Translations under genes and position numbers: made by a program | The notes under the pieces: generated by a model | The model's input: only the letters and a program-made list of their open reading frames with translations | Told to the model about the DNA's origin: nothing | Databases searched by the model: none | Part shown: piece after piece, positions 40,860 through 50,773 of the stretch | How positions within the stretch are numbered: position 1 is the stretch's first letter | Layout of the letters: each line of letters begins with the position of its first letter | DNA from: an uncultured delta proteobacterium | GTDB lineage: Bacteria > Desulfobacterota > Desulfobacteria > Desulfobacterales > SG8-13 | NCBI GenBank assembly: GCA_963848135.1 | Contig: CAWKCK010000003.1 | Coordinates: 868,001 to 932,000, forward strand | Direction of reading: 5' to 3' | Length of the DNA: 64,000 nucleotides

Positions 40860-41828
40860 TCAAGGACCTACGAATCGATAGAAAATATAGACAGCATAGA
40901 CAATAACTGCCAGGGCGCCTTCCCAGCGATCCACTCGGGCCTTGCCCCCGCTGAACATGAAGGCAAACAGGAGCAGGCCGGTGAATATCGTCATAAGGAC
41001 GTCGATATTGTTGCCTAAATTGAAAGGCAATGGTGTGATCGTCGCCGTGACCCCTAGGACAAAGAATATGTTGAAGATGTTGGAACCGACGATGTTGCCA
41101 ACAGCGATATCGGCCTTGCCCCTGTAGGCGGCCGTGGCCGATGTGGCCAATTCCGGCAGTGACGTTCCCACGGCCACGATACTGAGCCCCACCACCGATT
41201 CACTCAATCCGATGTGGGTGGCGATGGCGACCGCGCCACTTACAATCCATCTGCCGCCCAGGCACAGACCCACCAGGCCTCCGACCAGGCGAAACAACGC
41301 CGCCGGCGTGTTATGGGTTTTTGAAGGTACCTGTTCGGTGATTGTCCCGATACCGTTCGCGGCCGTAAATGCATAGTAGAGAAAAACGATGAAAAAGCAG
41401 AGAAGCACCAGACCATCGCCACGGGAGATGGCTGATACGCTTTGCTGGTCGATGAGCCAGTCATTGGCCAGCAAAGCGAACACGATTGCCGCCAACAGAC
41501 TGAAAGGTATCTCCCGCCATACCGTTCCCTTTGTCACGGCCATGGGGCGGATAACGGATGCCACTCCCAGTACCAGCAGTGTGTTGGCGATGTTGCTTCC
41601 CAGGATATTTCCGATGGCAAGATCGCTGTTGCCTTTGATTGCTGCGGTAATATTTACGAAAAGTTCCGGGGCGGAAGTACCGAAGGCCACCACCGTCATT
41701 CCGATGACCAGATCGGAAATTCTGAGGCGGCGGGCGATTGACACGGCGCCCTCGACCAGTATATCTGCGCCTTTAATCAACAAAACGAAACCGAAGATCA
41801 GTTCGGCATATGGCCAGATAGCGGTCAC
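40860..41828 (-). CDS. Calcium/sodium antiporter (YrbG family)
   Basis: Two alpha repeats: GTSAPE...GNILGSN and GTSLPE...GNIVGSN. Confidence 0.92.
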   Translation of the reverse strand: MTAIWPYAELIFGFVLLIKGADILVEGAVSIARRLRISDLVIGMTVVAFGTSAPELFVNITAAIKGNSDLAIGNILGSNIANTLLVLGVASVIRPMAVTKGTVWREIPFSLLAAIVFALLANDWLIDQQSVSAISRGDGLVLLCFFIVFLYYAFTAANGIGTITEQVPSKTHNTPAALFRLVGGLVGLCLGGRWIVSGAVAIATHIGLSESVVGLSIVAVGTSLPELATSATAAYRGKADIAVGNIVGSNIFNIFFVLGVTATITPLPFNLGNNIDVLMTIFTGLLLFAFMFSGGKARVDRWEGALAVIVYAVYIFYRFVGP

Positions 41829-42088
41829 TGTATTTCTCCGGTAGCGATTTTATCGGGGCCGGCTGTGGCAAGGCGGTTGTTGCGCTGGGGGTGCCGCTGC
41901 TTAGCTGGGTGTTTAAAAACCATTGTGTTTGGCAATACGGCGGTAAAATCCGCCTCAAGATGCTCATAAATCACACATAGACGCCGTTTTTTCGTTAGAT
42001 ACTGCTCTGTCCCGCCGGCGTTCATGACGATTTTCAACGCCCTGTCAATGAGCTTAAATATGTGCTGTTTCGTCGAGTTAGGATTCAT
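41825..42088 (-). CDS. Hypothetical protein
   Basis: GTGA overlap with the antiporter start; no motif. Confidence 0.3.
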   Translation of the reverse strand: MNPNSTKQHIFKLIDRALKIVMNAGGTEQYLTKKRRLCVIYEHLEADFTAVLPNTMVFKHPAKQRHPQRNNRLATAGPDKIATGEIQ

Positions 42089-42357
42089 ACCGTAAATTCA
42101 AAGAAGAATCGTTGTTTCAAATAATTATAAAAAAACGCGCAGTCAACCGCCTGTGCGTCATGGTTGTCGTCGGTGCGGGTAATGGTCCAAAAAACTATTT
42201 TTAATTAGGACCGACATTTTTGTCAACTGCCACTCAATATTGCCTGGGTATAATTGCTTCCGCCAATGTGATAGGATCAAGCCAAAACAGCCGATGGTTC
42301 CATACCGCTTTGGACCAGCTGAATCTCCGACACCCTGGAGTTCCTTGCGCCCCTGTT

Positions 42358-42458
42358 TATACCGTTTCTCAAGCATAAATTCCGAACTACAGATATGGTA
42401 TATGTGGTTGCCGAAAAAAACGTTCGAATAACAGAATGTTTTTTAGACATCCACCATA
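42358..42458 (+). repeat. Dispersed double-hairpin repeat, copy A
   Basis: tataccgtttctc...ttccgaa...tggtata-tgtggttg...aaaaaaacgttcgaataacagaatgttttt...ccaccata. Confidence 0.85.
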
Positions 42459-42563
42459 ACGAGAATTCGAATGAAAGGGTCAACACCTCGGCGATCAGAT
42501 CGATATTTCAACTTGATTTTGACGCCTGCTGCGGCTAAGAATTAATAATGCAGCTTTGGTCAG

Positions 42564-43049
42564 ATGGCCAAGGGGCAACCAACGGATAAGGGGAACGGTA
42601 ATATGGAACTGATTAAAATACGATTTGGTAATGAACCGGATTCCAATGAGACCTCAATCGGGAGGAACTTGTCGGATGTTTTTCGGACATCAAACCCATT
42701 ATTCAGATGCTCCGACTGTCTGTGGGTTCCCCCGATGGACATGATCGAAACGCCGCAGGAAATAGTGATCGTCGCAGAGATTGCGGGTGCCGAGAAAGAG
42801 GATATGCGGGTTGAGATCACCCGCAAGGCTGTGAAAATAAGTGGTCGGCGACACACCACGACCCCGTTGTCTTCGGCTACCTATCGACTGGCGGAAATTC
42901 ATTACGGCAATTTTGAACGGATTCTCTATCTGCCGGAACCGGTCGATGCGGATAAAATCGAGGCATCCTATTCCAAAGGATTGTTATCGATACGGCTCGC
43001 CAAGCTGCCGGAGGATAAGCTTCACAAGGTCCCAATAGCAGAGGAATAG
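42564..43049 (+). CDS. Small heat-shock protein (Hsp20)
   Basis: W.PPMD..E, AEIAG, EI.YG.FER...LP, ASY.KGLL.I; start may be 42603. Confidence 0.9.
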   Translation: MAKGQPTDKGNGNMELIKIRFGNEPDSNETSIGRNLSDVFRTSNPLFRCSDCLWVPPMDMIETPQEIVIVAEIAGAEKEDMRVEITRKAVKISGRRHTTTPLSSATYRLAEIHYGNFERILYLPEPVDADKIEASYSKGLLSIRLAKLPEDKLHKVPIAEE

Positions 43050-43127
43050 CCCCCCGTAAAGTTCATGATTACTTTTGAGCCGTTCTGAGAAAATATAATA
43101 TCCGGCAGATATGATATGTTCTGCCCC

Positions 43128-43228
43128 TATCCCGCTTTTTAAAATTACATCTGAAATTCGGAAGGGTGATATAAGTGGCTTGTGAATTAAATGTTTAAAT
43201 GACGGAACGTTTTTTACAACCACGATTA
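43128..43228 (+). repeat. Dispersed double-hairpin repeat, copy B
   Basis: tatcccgctttt...gaaattcggaagggtgata-taagtggc...gacggaacgttttttacaaccacga. Confidence 0.8.
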
Positions 43229-43248
43229 TTTCTACCACCCTACCGGAC

Positions 43249-44652
43249 TCAGACCTTGAAATCTTCTTTACGGATATCGTATTTAAGCATCAGTTTGTTT
43301 AGCTGGCGGGGTGTGATGCCGGCTTCTGCTGCCGATTTTTTCACCTTTCCCCGATTGCGCGCAAAGAGCACTTTCAAGTATTGTTGTTCGAAGTTTTCTA
43401 CAACCGCTCTTCTGGCCTCCGCCAAGGTCGTGTGGGCACTCAATGGGACGGCGGATGTTTCGCTGCCGCCCGTGCCGAATAATTCTTCCGGGAAGCTACC
43501 CGGGGTTAACACGGTTGAATGCTCCAGAATGTTGGCACGCTCTACGAGGTTTTCGAGCTCACGAATATTTCCCGGCCAGGAGTAATTCATCAGCATTTTT
43601 AACACTTGAGGATGGACGGTCGTTATGCTTTTTCCGTATTCCCGATTGAATTTTTTTAGGAATACCATAGTCAGAAATGAAATGTCTTCTTTTCTTTCCC
43701 GCAGCGGCGGGAGGTAAATCGGGAACACATTAAGTCGGTAGTAAAGATCACGCCGGAACGTACCATCTTCGCTCATTTTTTTGAGGTCGGCATTGCTGGC
43801 CGTAATTATTCTCGCATTGGTTTCGATGGTTTCCTCACCGCCGACGCGACTGAACGTGCCGTCCTGAAGGACCTGCAACAGTTTGATCTGTGATGCGGCA
43901 GTAATCGTTCCGACCTCATCCAGGAAAATAGTGCCGCCTCTTGCGATTTCAAATTTCCCCAACTTCTTGCGGTGTGCACCCGTAAAGGCGCCTTTCTCGT
44001 GTCCGAACAATTCGCTTTCCAGCAGAGTATCCGGTATCGCACCGCAATGGACGCTGATGAACTGTTCGTTTCGCCGGTTGCTGTGCTGGTGTATCAGCCT
44101 GGCAACCACGCCCTTCCCGGTGCCGGTTTCTCCGGCCAGCATAACGGTGGCCTTGGTTCGGGCAACCGATTGAATTCTTTTGAAGACGTTCTGCATGGCC
44201 GCATTTTCGGTATGAACGAGCTCCCGCGATTCAGACTGCCAGAATTGGTCTCTAAGGTATTTCAGTTCCAGGTTCTTGAGCGAGCTACTGACGGCGGTTC
44301 TGGCCACGAGTCGAACTTCGTCAGGATTCGGGGGGTAGGTGATGTAGTTGGTGGCGCCGGCTTTCAAGATTGTAATCGCCTGCCGGATTCTATCCGCAGG
44401 AACCATGACAACCAAATCGGATGACGGGTATTGGGCGGTCTGCAGTACTGAAATTTGTTGGAGATCTTGCGATGGTGACATTTCTGAAAGAATATCGATG
44501 TCTATGTAGACCAGGAAGTGATGTCTGCTACTCAGGTGCTCCAGCGCATCATTACCGCTGACAGCCCTGTCGGCCCGGTAATCTGGTCCAAGGGATCGAG
44601 CGACAAGCTCATAGTCATCATCTTTGCGGGTCACAACCAGAACAGTATACAT
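43249..44652 (-). CDS. Sigma-54-dependent activator (NtrC family) with degenerate receiver domain
   Basis: GETGTGK, ESELFGHEKGAFTGA, GTIFLDE, WPGNIREL, C-terminal Fis HTH. Confidence 0.92.
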   Translation of the reverse strand: MYTVLVVTRKDDDYELVARSLGPDYRADRAVSGNDALEHLSSRHHFLVYIDIDILSEMSPSQDLQQISVLQTAQYPSSDLVVMVPADRIRQAITILKAGATNYITYPPNPDEVRLVARTAVSSSLKNLELKYLRDQFWQSESRELVHTENAAMQNVFKRIQSVARTKATVMLAGETGTGKGVVARLIHQHSNRRNEQFISVHCGAIPDTLLESELFGHEKGAFTGAHRKKLGKFEIARGGTIFLDEVGTITAASQIKLLQVLQDGTFSRVGGEETIETNARIITASNADLKKMSEDGTFRRDLYYRLNVFPIYLPPLRERKEDISFLTMVFLKKFNREYGKSITTVHPQVLKMLMNYSWPGNIRELENLVERANILEHSTVLTPGSFPEELFGTGGSETSAVPLSAHTTLAEARRAVVENFEQQYLKVLFARNRGKVKKSAAEAGITPRQLNKLMLKYDIRKEDFKV

Positions 44653-44841
44653 GACATTATCTTGGAATCAGTATTGGTGTTGATTCTGCTTGTGAGAGCT
44701 TCGAACTGCAGTCCGCGCGATATCTCATTCATGCGAAACATGTCCGCCCAGTCAATTCTAATTCAATATGGATCGGACACTCAATGGGGCCATCGCGAAT
44801 TCTCGGCTGGGCACAAAACCGTTTTTGATTATTTGCCGAAA

Positions 44842-46359
44842 TCAATACGGTATAACCAGGGGCCGCTGCAACATTTTTTCATATAGCCTGATGTATGTAC
44901 CGGCAGTGACAGTGTGGTTGAAGCGATCGAGGCTTTGAGCCATTATTCGGCTTATCTGACGTTCTCTGATGGAATCCGGCAACGCAAAAAACTTCATGGC
45001 TTCATTGATGGCCCATGATAATCCCTTGGCATCGAAAATTTCGAACAGAAACCCGTTGCCTTTGTTCTCTTTAATATTGATGTGATCCACCGTGTCGTGA
45101 ATTCCGCCGGTGTCGTGGGCTACAGGCAGGGAACCGTAAATAGAACCGATCATCTGTGGCAGGCCGCACGGTTCGAACCGTGACGGCATCAACACGAAAT
45201 CAGACGCAGCATAGGCCAACCGGGAGAGCTTTTCATCGAACGGACGCACGGCCACACGATTTTCCAGACCATGGAAGGAAGCGATATTCTGGAAATGTTC
45301 TTGGTATTCACCATTCGCCACAAAGACGAACTGCACATTTCTGCCCCAGTAGCGTGAGACGGTCGTGTAAAGGATATCAGCCAAGAGTTGGCATCCTTTT
45401 TGGTAGTTGTCAAGGCGGTGTGGCCAGAAAAACAGGGGCGCATTCGGGTTGGCGGTCAGACCGAGGGCCTGTTGCAGATGCCGCTTGTTTTTCGGTTTGC
45501 CGTCCTTGTGGTTCATCGGATTGTAATTGACCTTCAGCGCAGTGTCCGTGGCCGGATTGTACGAAGGATCAGGAGAATTGAGGATTCCTCCTGCACAGCC
45601 GGCAGACAATTTACCGGCAAATTCCCGGCGCAGGGACTCGCCGACGAAAGCATGTCGGCCGTCCACGATTTCCGACAGAAATGTCGGGCTCACCGTATTC
45701 ACATAGTGCGCCGCAAACAGGCCGCTGGCCAGGAAATCGACCCGATTGTGATCCCTGGTTTCTTCATAGTAGGCGGGCGGGTGTTCATAAAAAAGGTGGT
45801 CCCAGAATTCAGCCGCGTCGATACCGCGATCTTCTATGGTGGCCAGGTTGGTCTTGACGGTGTGGATGTTATGAACGGTAAACAGGCTGGGGATGCCCAT
45901 GTGAAGCGCGGCACCCGGGATCAGACCGGTCATCCAGTCGTTGCAGTGAATAAGATCCGGCGCCACCTCGGGAATGATTTTGTTGATGATTTCCCTTTGA
46001 AAAGCCAGGGCAATTTTTAGATTTTCCCATTCGATATTGGAATACACGTTCTGCTGATAAAAAAATGCCCGGTCTTCGGCCAGATGAAAACGATCCTGGG
46101 GAAGTACTTTTCTTATCATCCGCATTTCCTCGTTCAGCAGGAGCGAAAAATGATCATTGAACAGTGTGCGGTAATCGGGCAGGGCGATATGAACGTCTGC
46201 GCCTTGGTCAAGCAAGGCGGTAACGAGGGCTGCAGAGACATCAGCCAGGCCGCCGGCCTTGGCGGTCAGGTAATTGGCGGCGTTACCCATGCCTGACGGC
46301 AAGTAGGTAACTTCCGGGGTGACGATGAGAACGGTTGGGTTATCGGTGGACTTGGCCAT
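44842..46359 (-). CDS. glgA: Glycogen/starch synthase (GT5)
   Basis: KAGGLADV, HCNDW, FTVHN, NTVSP, RL...QKG, PSRFEPCGL. Confidence 0.85.
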   Translation of the reverse strand: MAKSTDNPTVLIVTPEVTYLPSGMGNAANYLTAKAGGLADVSAALVTALLDQGADVHIALPDYRTLFNDHFSLLLNEEMRMIRKVLPQDRFHLAEDRAFFYQQNVYSNIEWENLKIALAFQREIINKIIPEVAPDLIHCNDWMTGLIPGAALHMGIPSLFTVHNIHTVKTNLATIEDRGIDAAEFWDHLFYEHPPAYYEETRDHNRVDFLASGLFAAHYVNTVSPTFLSEIVDGRHAFVGESLRREFAGKLSAGCAGGILNSPDPSYNPATDTALKVNYNPMNHKDGKPKNKRHLQQALGLTANPNAPLFFWPHRLDNYQKGCQLLADILYTTVSRYWGRNVQFVFVANGEYQEHFQNIASFHGLENRVAVRPFDEKLSRLAYAASDFVLMPSRFEPCGLPQMIGSIYGSLPVAHDTGGIHDTVDHINIKENKGNGFLFEIFDAKGLSWAINEAMKFFALPDSIRERQISRIMAQSLDRFNHTVTAGTYIRLYEKMLQRPLVIPY

Positions 46360-46421
46360 TATGCTTTTCCATGATTGCGGTTTATTCTCGAGCGCCTGCT
46401 GCTAAATAGTGTCCATCCACT

Positions 46422-46521
46422 TATACCGCTTTTCAATCATGAATTTCGAAATACGGAAGTGGTATCAGTGGTTGTGGAAAAAAACGTTCGAATAACGGAA
46501 CGGATTTTTGCAACCACTATA
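46422..46521 (+). repeat. Dispersed double-hairpin repeat, copy C
   Basis: tataccgcttttc...ggaagtggtatc-agtggttg...aaaaaaacgttcgaataacggaacg...caaccactata. Confidence 0.88.
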
Positions 46522-46553
46522 TAGCATATTTTTCGGGTTTCAGAGCCTGTGAA

Positions 46554-49500
46554 TTAAAAATCGGTTTTCCAAATCAAATCGACGCCGCTAGACTGTTCGT
46601 TACCCACCTCGGCTTCGATGCTGAAATTGCGATTGAGTTCATATTCGATTCCCACACTGCCGAAACTCGAGGAGCTAAATCCCATGCGATAGGTCATGAA
46701 TATGTTCCGGGTGACATATTTCCCCAATGTCAGAGAGCCCGAACGCCAGTCTTCTTCGCCCGGATCGATCCTGATTTCATCCACCGCCAGGGTATCTCCC
46801 AGAATACTCTTGAGTTCCCTGGCGGCGGCCCGACCGGCGAAATTGAGGGCCGCCGCCTGGGCATCGGTCGCCTGTTCTGATCGCAGTTCGTTGGTTGGGC
46901 GTCCGAAAACCAGGTAGGAGATGATGTCGGCCTGGTCCATCATCGGTTCGCTTTCAAGAGTCAGCTCGATCATACGGGCACTTCCGGTGATGCGAATGAT
47001 GATCGTTGCGTCACGGATCTTGGCTTCGGCCCGAATGTCGAGCTCGGGGTCCGGCTCCTCAAGGCCCTGGAACTCCACATTTCCCCGGGTGATTTCGAAA
47101 CGGCGGCTCTGAAACTGGTAATTGCCTCTGATAGTGTTCAGGGCCCCGATTAAAAGGAAAGGGCCATGGGGTTTTTTGTTCAATTCAATCGTCCCGGAAA
47201 TTTCGGCATTCAGATCCTGACCCCTCAGCCAGACATTGCGTGGCACTTCTATTGTGAGCTTGGCCGTCAGGGTTGAAAGAAAGTCATCCTGGGGTTGGGC
47301 AAGAACGATCGTTTGATTTTCGCCCGATTGTTCTCCCAAAACTTGAATATCGGCGGGTCCTCCGGCTATCATCCGGTCCAGGTTGACCCGGCCTTCCGGA
47401 ATCCGAAGATGGCCCGTGAGCACCAGCGAGGAAAGTTCTCCGGTGAGCGAGATGTCGGGATCAATTCGGGCCGTTATCTTACGTTTCCACGCAATAGGGG
47501 CCTGATGACCTGTCAAATGCAGATTGAGCGAGGACGGGGCAAAACCGGTGAGCAAAATGTCACCCGTCAAATTCAACGCCCCTTCACGGTCTCCACGGAG
47601 TTCTATTTTGTCAATCGTAATCTTCCCCGGCAGCAGGCTCAGGTTGGCCTGAACGGATTCATAGGTTAAATTGGCCTGCGGTAACGCCAGGGAGCCGTTT
47701 TGAAGGGTCAGAAAACCGGTCAGTTGCGGCCGCTGAAGGTCCCCGGTGGCCAGCAACTGAAGTGCAACGGTCCCGTCGATCGCTACTTGGCGATGCAGGG
47801 GATTCGGTAAATCGGATAGTTTTAGATCATTGGCAACGAGTTTTGCTTGCAAACTTCCGGGAACTGGTGTGAGCTCGAAGGGCAGCAACCGCAGCGTTAG
47901 TCCGCTTTGTCCTTGTATATTGAAAATTTTGCGCCCTTTAAGAAAACCCTGACCCGCTAGAGATGCGGTACTGTCTCGATAGGTCAGCCGAAGGTCTAGA
48001 TCCGAAAGCGAAACCTCGTAACCACTGGCATTCTTGACCGTCACCTGTGCGTCTATTGTCGGCGATTCACCTGTACCTCCCAATTCAACTTCGGCTGTCA
48101 GCACACCCTGCAACGCCGGTTCCTCCTGCCAGAGAGCCGCGAATTGATTCAGGTCAAGTCCTGTGAGAGACAGTCGAAGTCCTTGGGATCCCTCGCGTGA
48201 TAATCTACCGTCAGCGCGAAATAACATCGGTCCGGCAACCAGTTTGAAAACGTCGATGTCGATGCTGTCTGGGTGGGTTTCTATTATAATTGGCTCAGGG
48301 TTGCTGATTTCCGTTACCAAACGACTGAGCGGGTCAGTGATGCCGGTTACTTTTAGCCTGTCGATCCGGATGCGTCGGTTTTCTTGCTTCCATTGTGCTA
48401 CTTGTCCGGCCAATTGAAGCTGTTCGCCCGTATCCTTGGCCAGTTTAAGATCGGCCGTCACATCCGCCGGACTAAGCTGAACGTTGATGTCGAGTTTAGA
48501 AAACAGCATGTCTGCGTAGACGATATCGGTCAAGTAGCCCTCGGTCCGGCCGGTAACAGCGGTTCCTGAAATTTGCCAGTCACCATCCAGTTGGGCTGAC
48601 GCCACGGTCACATCATTATGGGTCAGATCCTCGACATTCAGCGTGGCGCGGATATCAGCCCTATCATTGTTTCCTTGTGCGGCGCCTTTGATTTGAAAAC
48701 GCCCGTTTGGGAGCTGATCTACCGGTAATTGGGGCGCAAGAACCGACAGCAATGGAGCAATTTTTTTCAGTTCCACTACCGCTGCCTCACCCTCGATCAG
48801 GTAGTCGAGAGGTTGCGGTGATACGTGGCCTTTAAGAACCGCGTAACCGGCGTCGGTCTGCAGGTCGAAGACCTCCACTTGAAGCAATTTTCCATCCCAA
48901 GTTCCGTTTATATCCAGGCGCCCGTCTGGCAAGTTATCTTCCGGTATTCGGGGCACATGGTCCCTCAGCAGCAGGACGGTTTCTTTCAATTTTTCAACCA
49001 CGATCTTGCCGCCAACTTTGTAAGTCAGCGGTTGGAAAGTTGCGTGACCCTGAAGTGCTGCACGGCCCACCGCGGATTGAAGGTTGAGGGCCTTTAACTG
49101 CAAGGTCTTACCATTCCACCCGGCCCGTAAGTTTCCCCCATGGACCTCTTTAGCCAGCAGAGCAGAAGGGAGCAGGCGAAGATCCGCGTTGCCCGTCCAG
49201 TCGGCAGGATCGAATGGGCCGGTAGCACTGAGCCGTCCAGCGGCGTCTGCTTGCAGGTCGATATTTATCATACCCCCCAATTTCAGGTCTGGAAATAAGG
49301 TATCCGTATCAAGATTCCGTATTTCCCCGCCGATCACGGCTTTCAATCCCGCGGTCGTTTCGCTGACCCCCTCCAACCGCCCCGCTATACGGACGCTGCC
49401 GCCCGGTCCGGTCAGGTGAGCCTCCGAGACGACAATGGTCCCGTTTTCAGCGGTCAGGTTAAAAACGCCTTCATCGGCCCGATATCCGGCCAGCCCGGAT

Positions 49501-50681
49501 GCCATCAATTGCACATTAAGCCGGCCTTGCCGCTCGGGTGTGTCTATATTCTTTCCAACGAGAGAGAAATCTGCGTTGATATCACCGTCCCAGACAGCCA
49601 TGTTGTCAAGCGGCCAGACGGCCGGGTTCAGGTTGCGTATGGTGCCCTTCGTCTCCACTCCCATGCCAGTGCCGCCAAGGCCTGTCAGAAACCCCTCGGC
49701 TGTCAGGGACTGGCCTTCCAGTCCGAGTTTCAACCGGTGCTGCAACCGACTCTGTGTCCCCTGAAGATGGATATTGCCGGCGATACGGCCACTGTCAAAT
49801 GTCGAAAGTGAAAGCAGGCGCCCCAGTTCCGCCAGGGAGAGCGTTTTCATATTGACATCCAGGGTGATTTCAGGCTCCGGGCGATCCTGCAGCAGCTGTG
49901 CGTCCACAAGCAGCCGGGAGAACTCGGTCTCGATATTGACACCGCTTATTGTCAGGCGCTCATCAGTTTGATCGTAACTGATCCGCCCTTTGAGGCGAGT
50001 GAGTGTCAATCGGGGGTCATCCAGACGAAAAGCGAGGTGCCTGACATCGGCTTTAAGTACCTGGTCGGCCTCTATTGAGATGTCGAGTGCGATGTCATCG
50101 AATTGGCGGACCTGGGGCGGCTGTGCACTCGAATCGTCGATCCTCACAGATCCGTCCGTCACCGACAAACCTTTGACCAAAACCTTAAATGGCGTGCCGG
50201 TCTGTGGTTCTTCGGCAGGGGGGGGGGCCGAGGGGAAGATGTCGGCAATATTCCAGTTGCCGGCCGGTTTCCGGACGAGGTTGAGATGGAGTCCTTCGAT
50301 ACTTAGCCGGGTGATGACCACCATCCTTCTCAGCAGCATCGGCAGCTGATAGCCGATCGAAATCCTGTCGGCAGACAAAATAGTGCTTGCCGGGTCACCC
50401 AGGCGGACCTCTGCGATGGTCAGCGTGCTTAAGAGATTGCCTGAAATCTCTCCCAATTCGAGCGTAACACCCCATTGTCGTTCCAGCGTTTCGATGGCCA
50501 AGGTTTTAATGCGATATTGTACATACGGAACCCGAAGAATCGCATAACCGGCCAGGATCGATAATAAGATTGCGGCCGATCCGAAAAGTGCGATGCGAAT
50601 CATCGTTCCCTTGAGTCGAGGCCTCCCCGAAAGATCTTTTCGGTTCGGTCGGCCGGATTCGGCTTTGTTTCCATTGTCCAT
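46554..50681 (-). CDS. tamB: Translocation/assembly module TamB-like protein
   Basis: N-terminal TM anchor, beta-rich body, DUF490-type C-terminus (DPELDI.A, IISYLVFGR, GKYV, EYEL); follows an Omp85 gene. Confidence 0.85.
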   Translation of the reverse strand: MDNGNKAESGRPNRKDLSGRPRLKGTMIRIALFGSAAILLSILAGYAILRVPYVQYRIKTLAIETLERQWGVTLELGEISGNLLSTLTIAEVRLGDPASTILSADRISIGYQLPMLLRRMVVITRLSIEGLHLNLVRKPAGNWNIADIFPSAPPPAEEPQTGTPFKVLVKGLSVTDGSVRIDDSSAQPPQVRQFDDIALDISIEADQVLKADVRHLAFRLDDPRLTLTRLKGRISYDQTDERLTISGVNIETEFSRLLVDAQLLQDRPEPEITLDVNMKTLSLAELGRLLSLSTFDSGRIAGNIHLQGTQSRLQHRLKLGLEGQSLTAEGFLTGLGGTGMGVETKGTIRNLNPAVWPLDNMAVWDGDINADFSLVGKNIDTPERQGRLNVQLMASGLAGYRADEGVFNLTAENGTIVVSEAHLTGPGGSVRIAGRLEGVSETTAGLKAVIGGEIRNLDTDTLFPDLKLGGMINIDLQADAAGRLSATGPFDPADWTGNADLRLLPSALLAKEVHGGNLRAGWNGKTLQLKALNLQSAVGRAALQGHATFQPLTYKVGGKIVVEKLKETVLLLRDHVPRIPEDNLPDGRLDINGTWDGKLLQVEVFDLQTDAGYAVLKGHVSPQPLDYLIEGEAAVVELKKIAPLLSVLAPQLPVDQLPNGRFQIKGAAQGNNDRADIRATLNVEDLTHNDVTVASAQLDGDWQISGTAVTGRTEGYLTDIVYADMLFSKLDINVQLSPADVTADLKLAKDTGEQLQLAGQVAQWKQENRRIRIDRLKVTGITDPLSRLVTEISNPEPIIIETHPDSIDIDVFKLVAGPMLFRADGRLSREGSQGLRLSLTGLDLNQFAALWQEEPALQGVLTAEVELGGTGESPTIDAQVTVKNASGYEVSLSDLDLRLTYRDSTASLAGQGFLKGRKIFNIQGQSGLTLRLLPFELTPVPGSLQAKLVANDLKLSDLPNPLHRQVAIDGTVALQLLATGDLQRPQLTGFLTLQNGSLALPQANLTYESVQANLSLLPGKITIDKIELRGDREGALNLTGDILLTGFAPSSLNLHLTGHQAPIAWKRKITARIDPDISLTGELSSLVLTGHLRIPEGRVNLDRMIAGGPADIQVLGEQSGENQTIVLAQPQDDFLSTLTAKLTIEVPRNVWLRGQDLNAEISGTIELNKKPHGPFLLIGALNTIRGNYQFQSRRFEITRGNVEFQGLEEPDPELDIRAEAKIRDATIIIRITGSARMIELTLESEPMMDQADIISYLVFGRPTNELRSEQATDAQAAALNFAGRAAARELKSILGDTLAVDEIRIDPGEEDWRSGSLTLGKYVTRNIFMTYRMGFSSSSFGSVGIEYELNRNFSIEAEVGNEQSSGVDLIWKTDF

Positions 50682-50773
50682 GGTTGAAGGCTATCTATGG
50701 TTGTTCGATATATAGATCGTGATGGCCACCGGATATTGTCTTGACGGCGCTTATGACTTTTTTCAACGAATTG

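Noticed and set aside
42460..42603. CIRCE or sigma-32 heat-shock element upstream of hsp20
   Set aside because: No TTAGCACTC-N9-GAGTGCTAA and no convincing CTTGAA/CCCCAT pair
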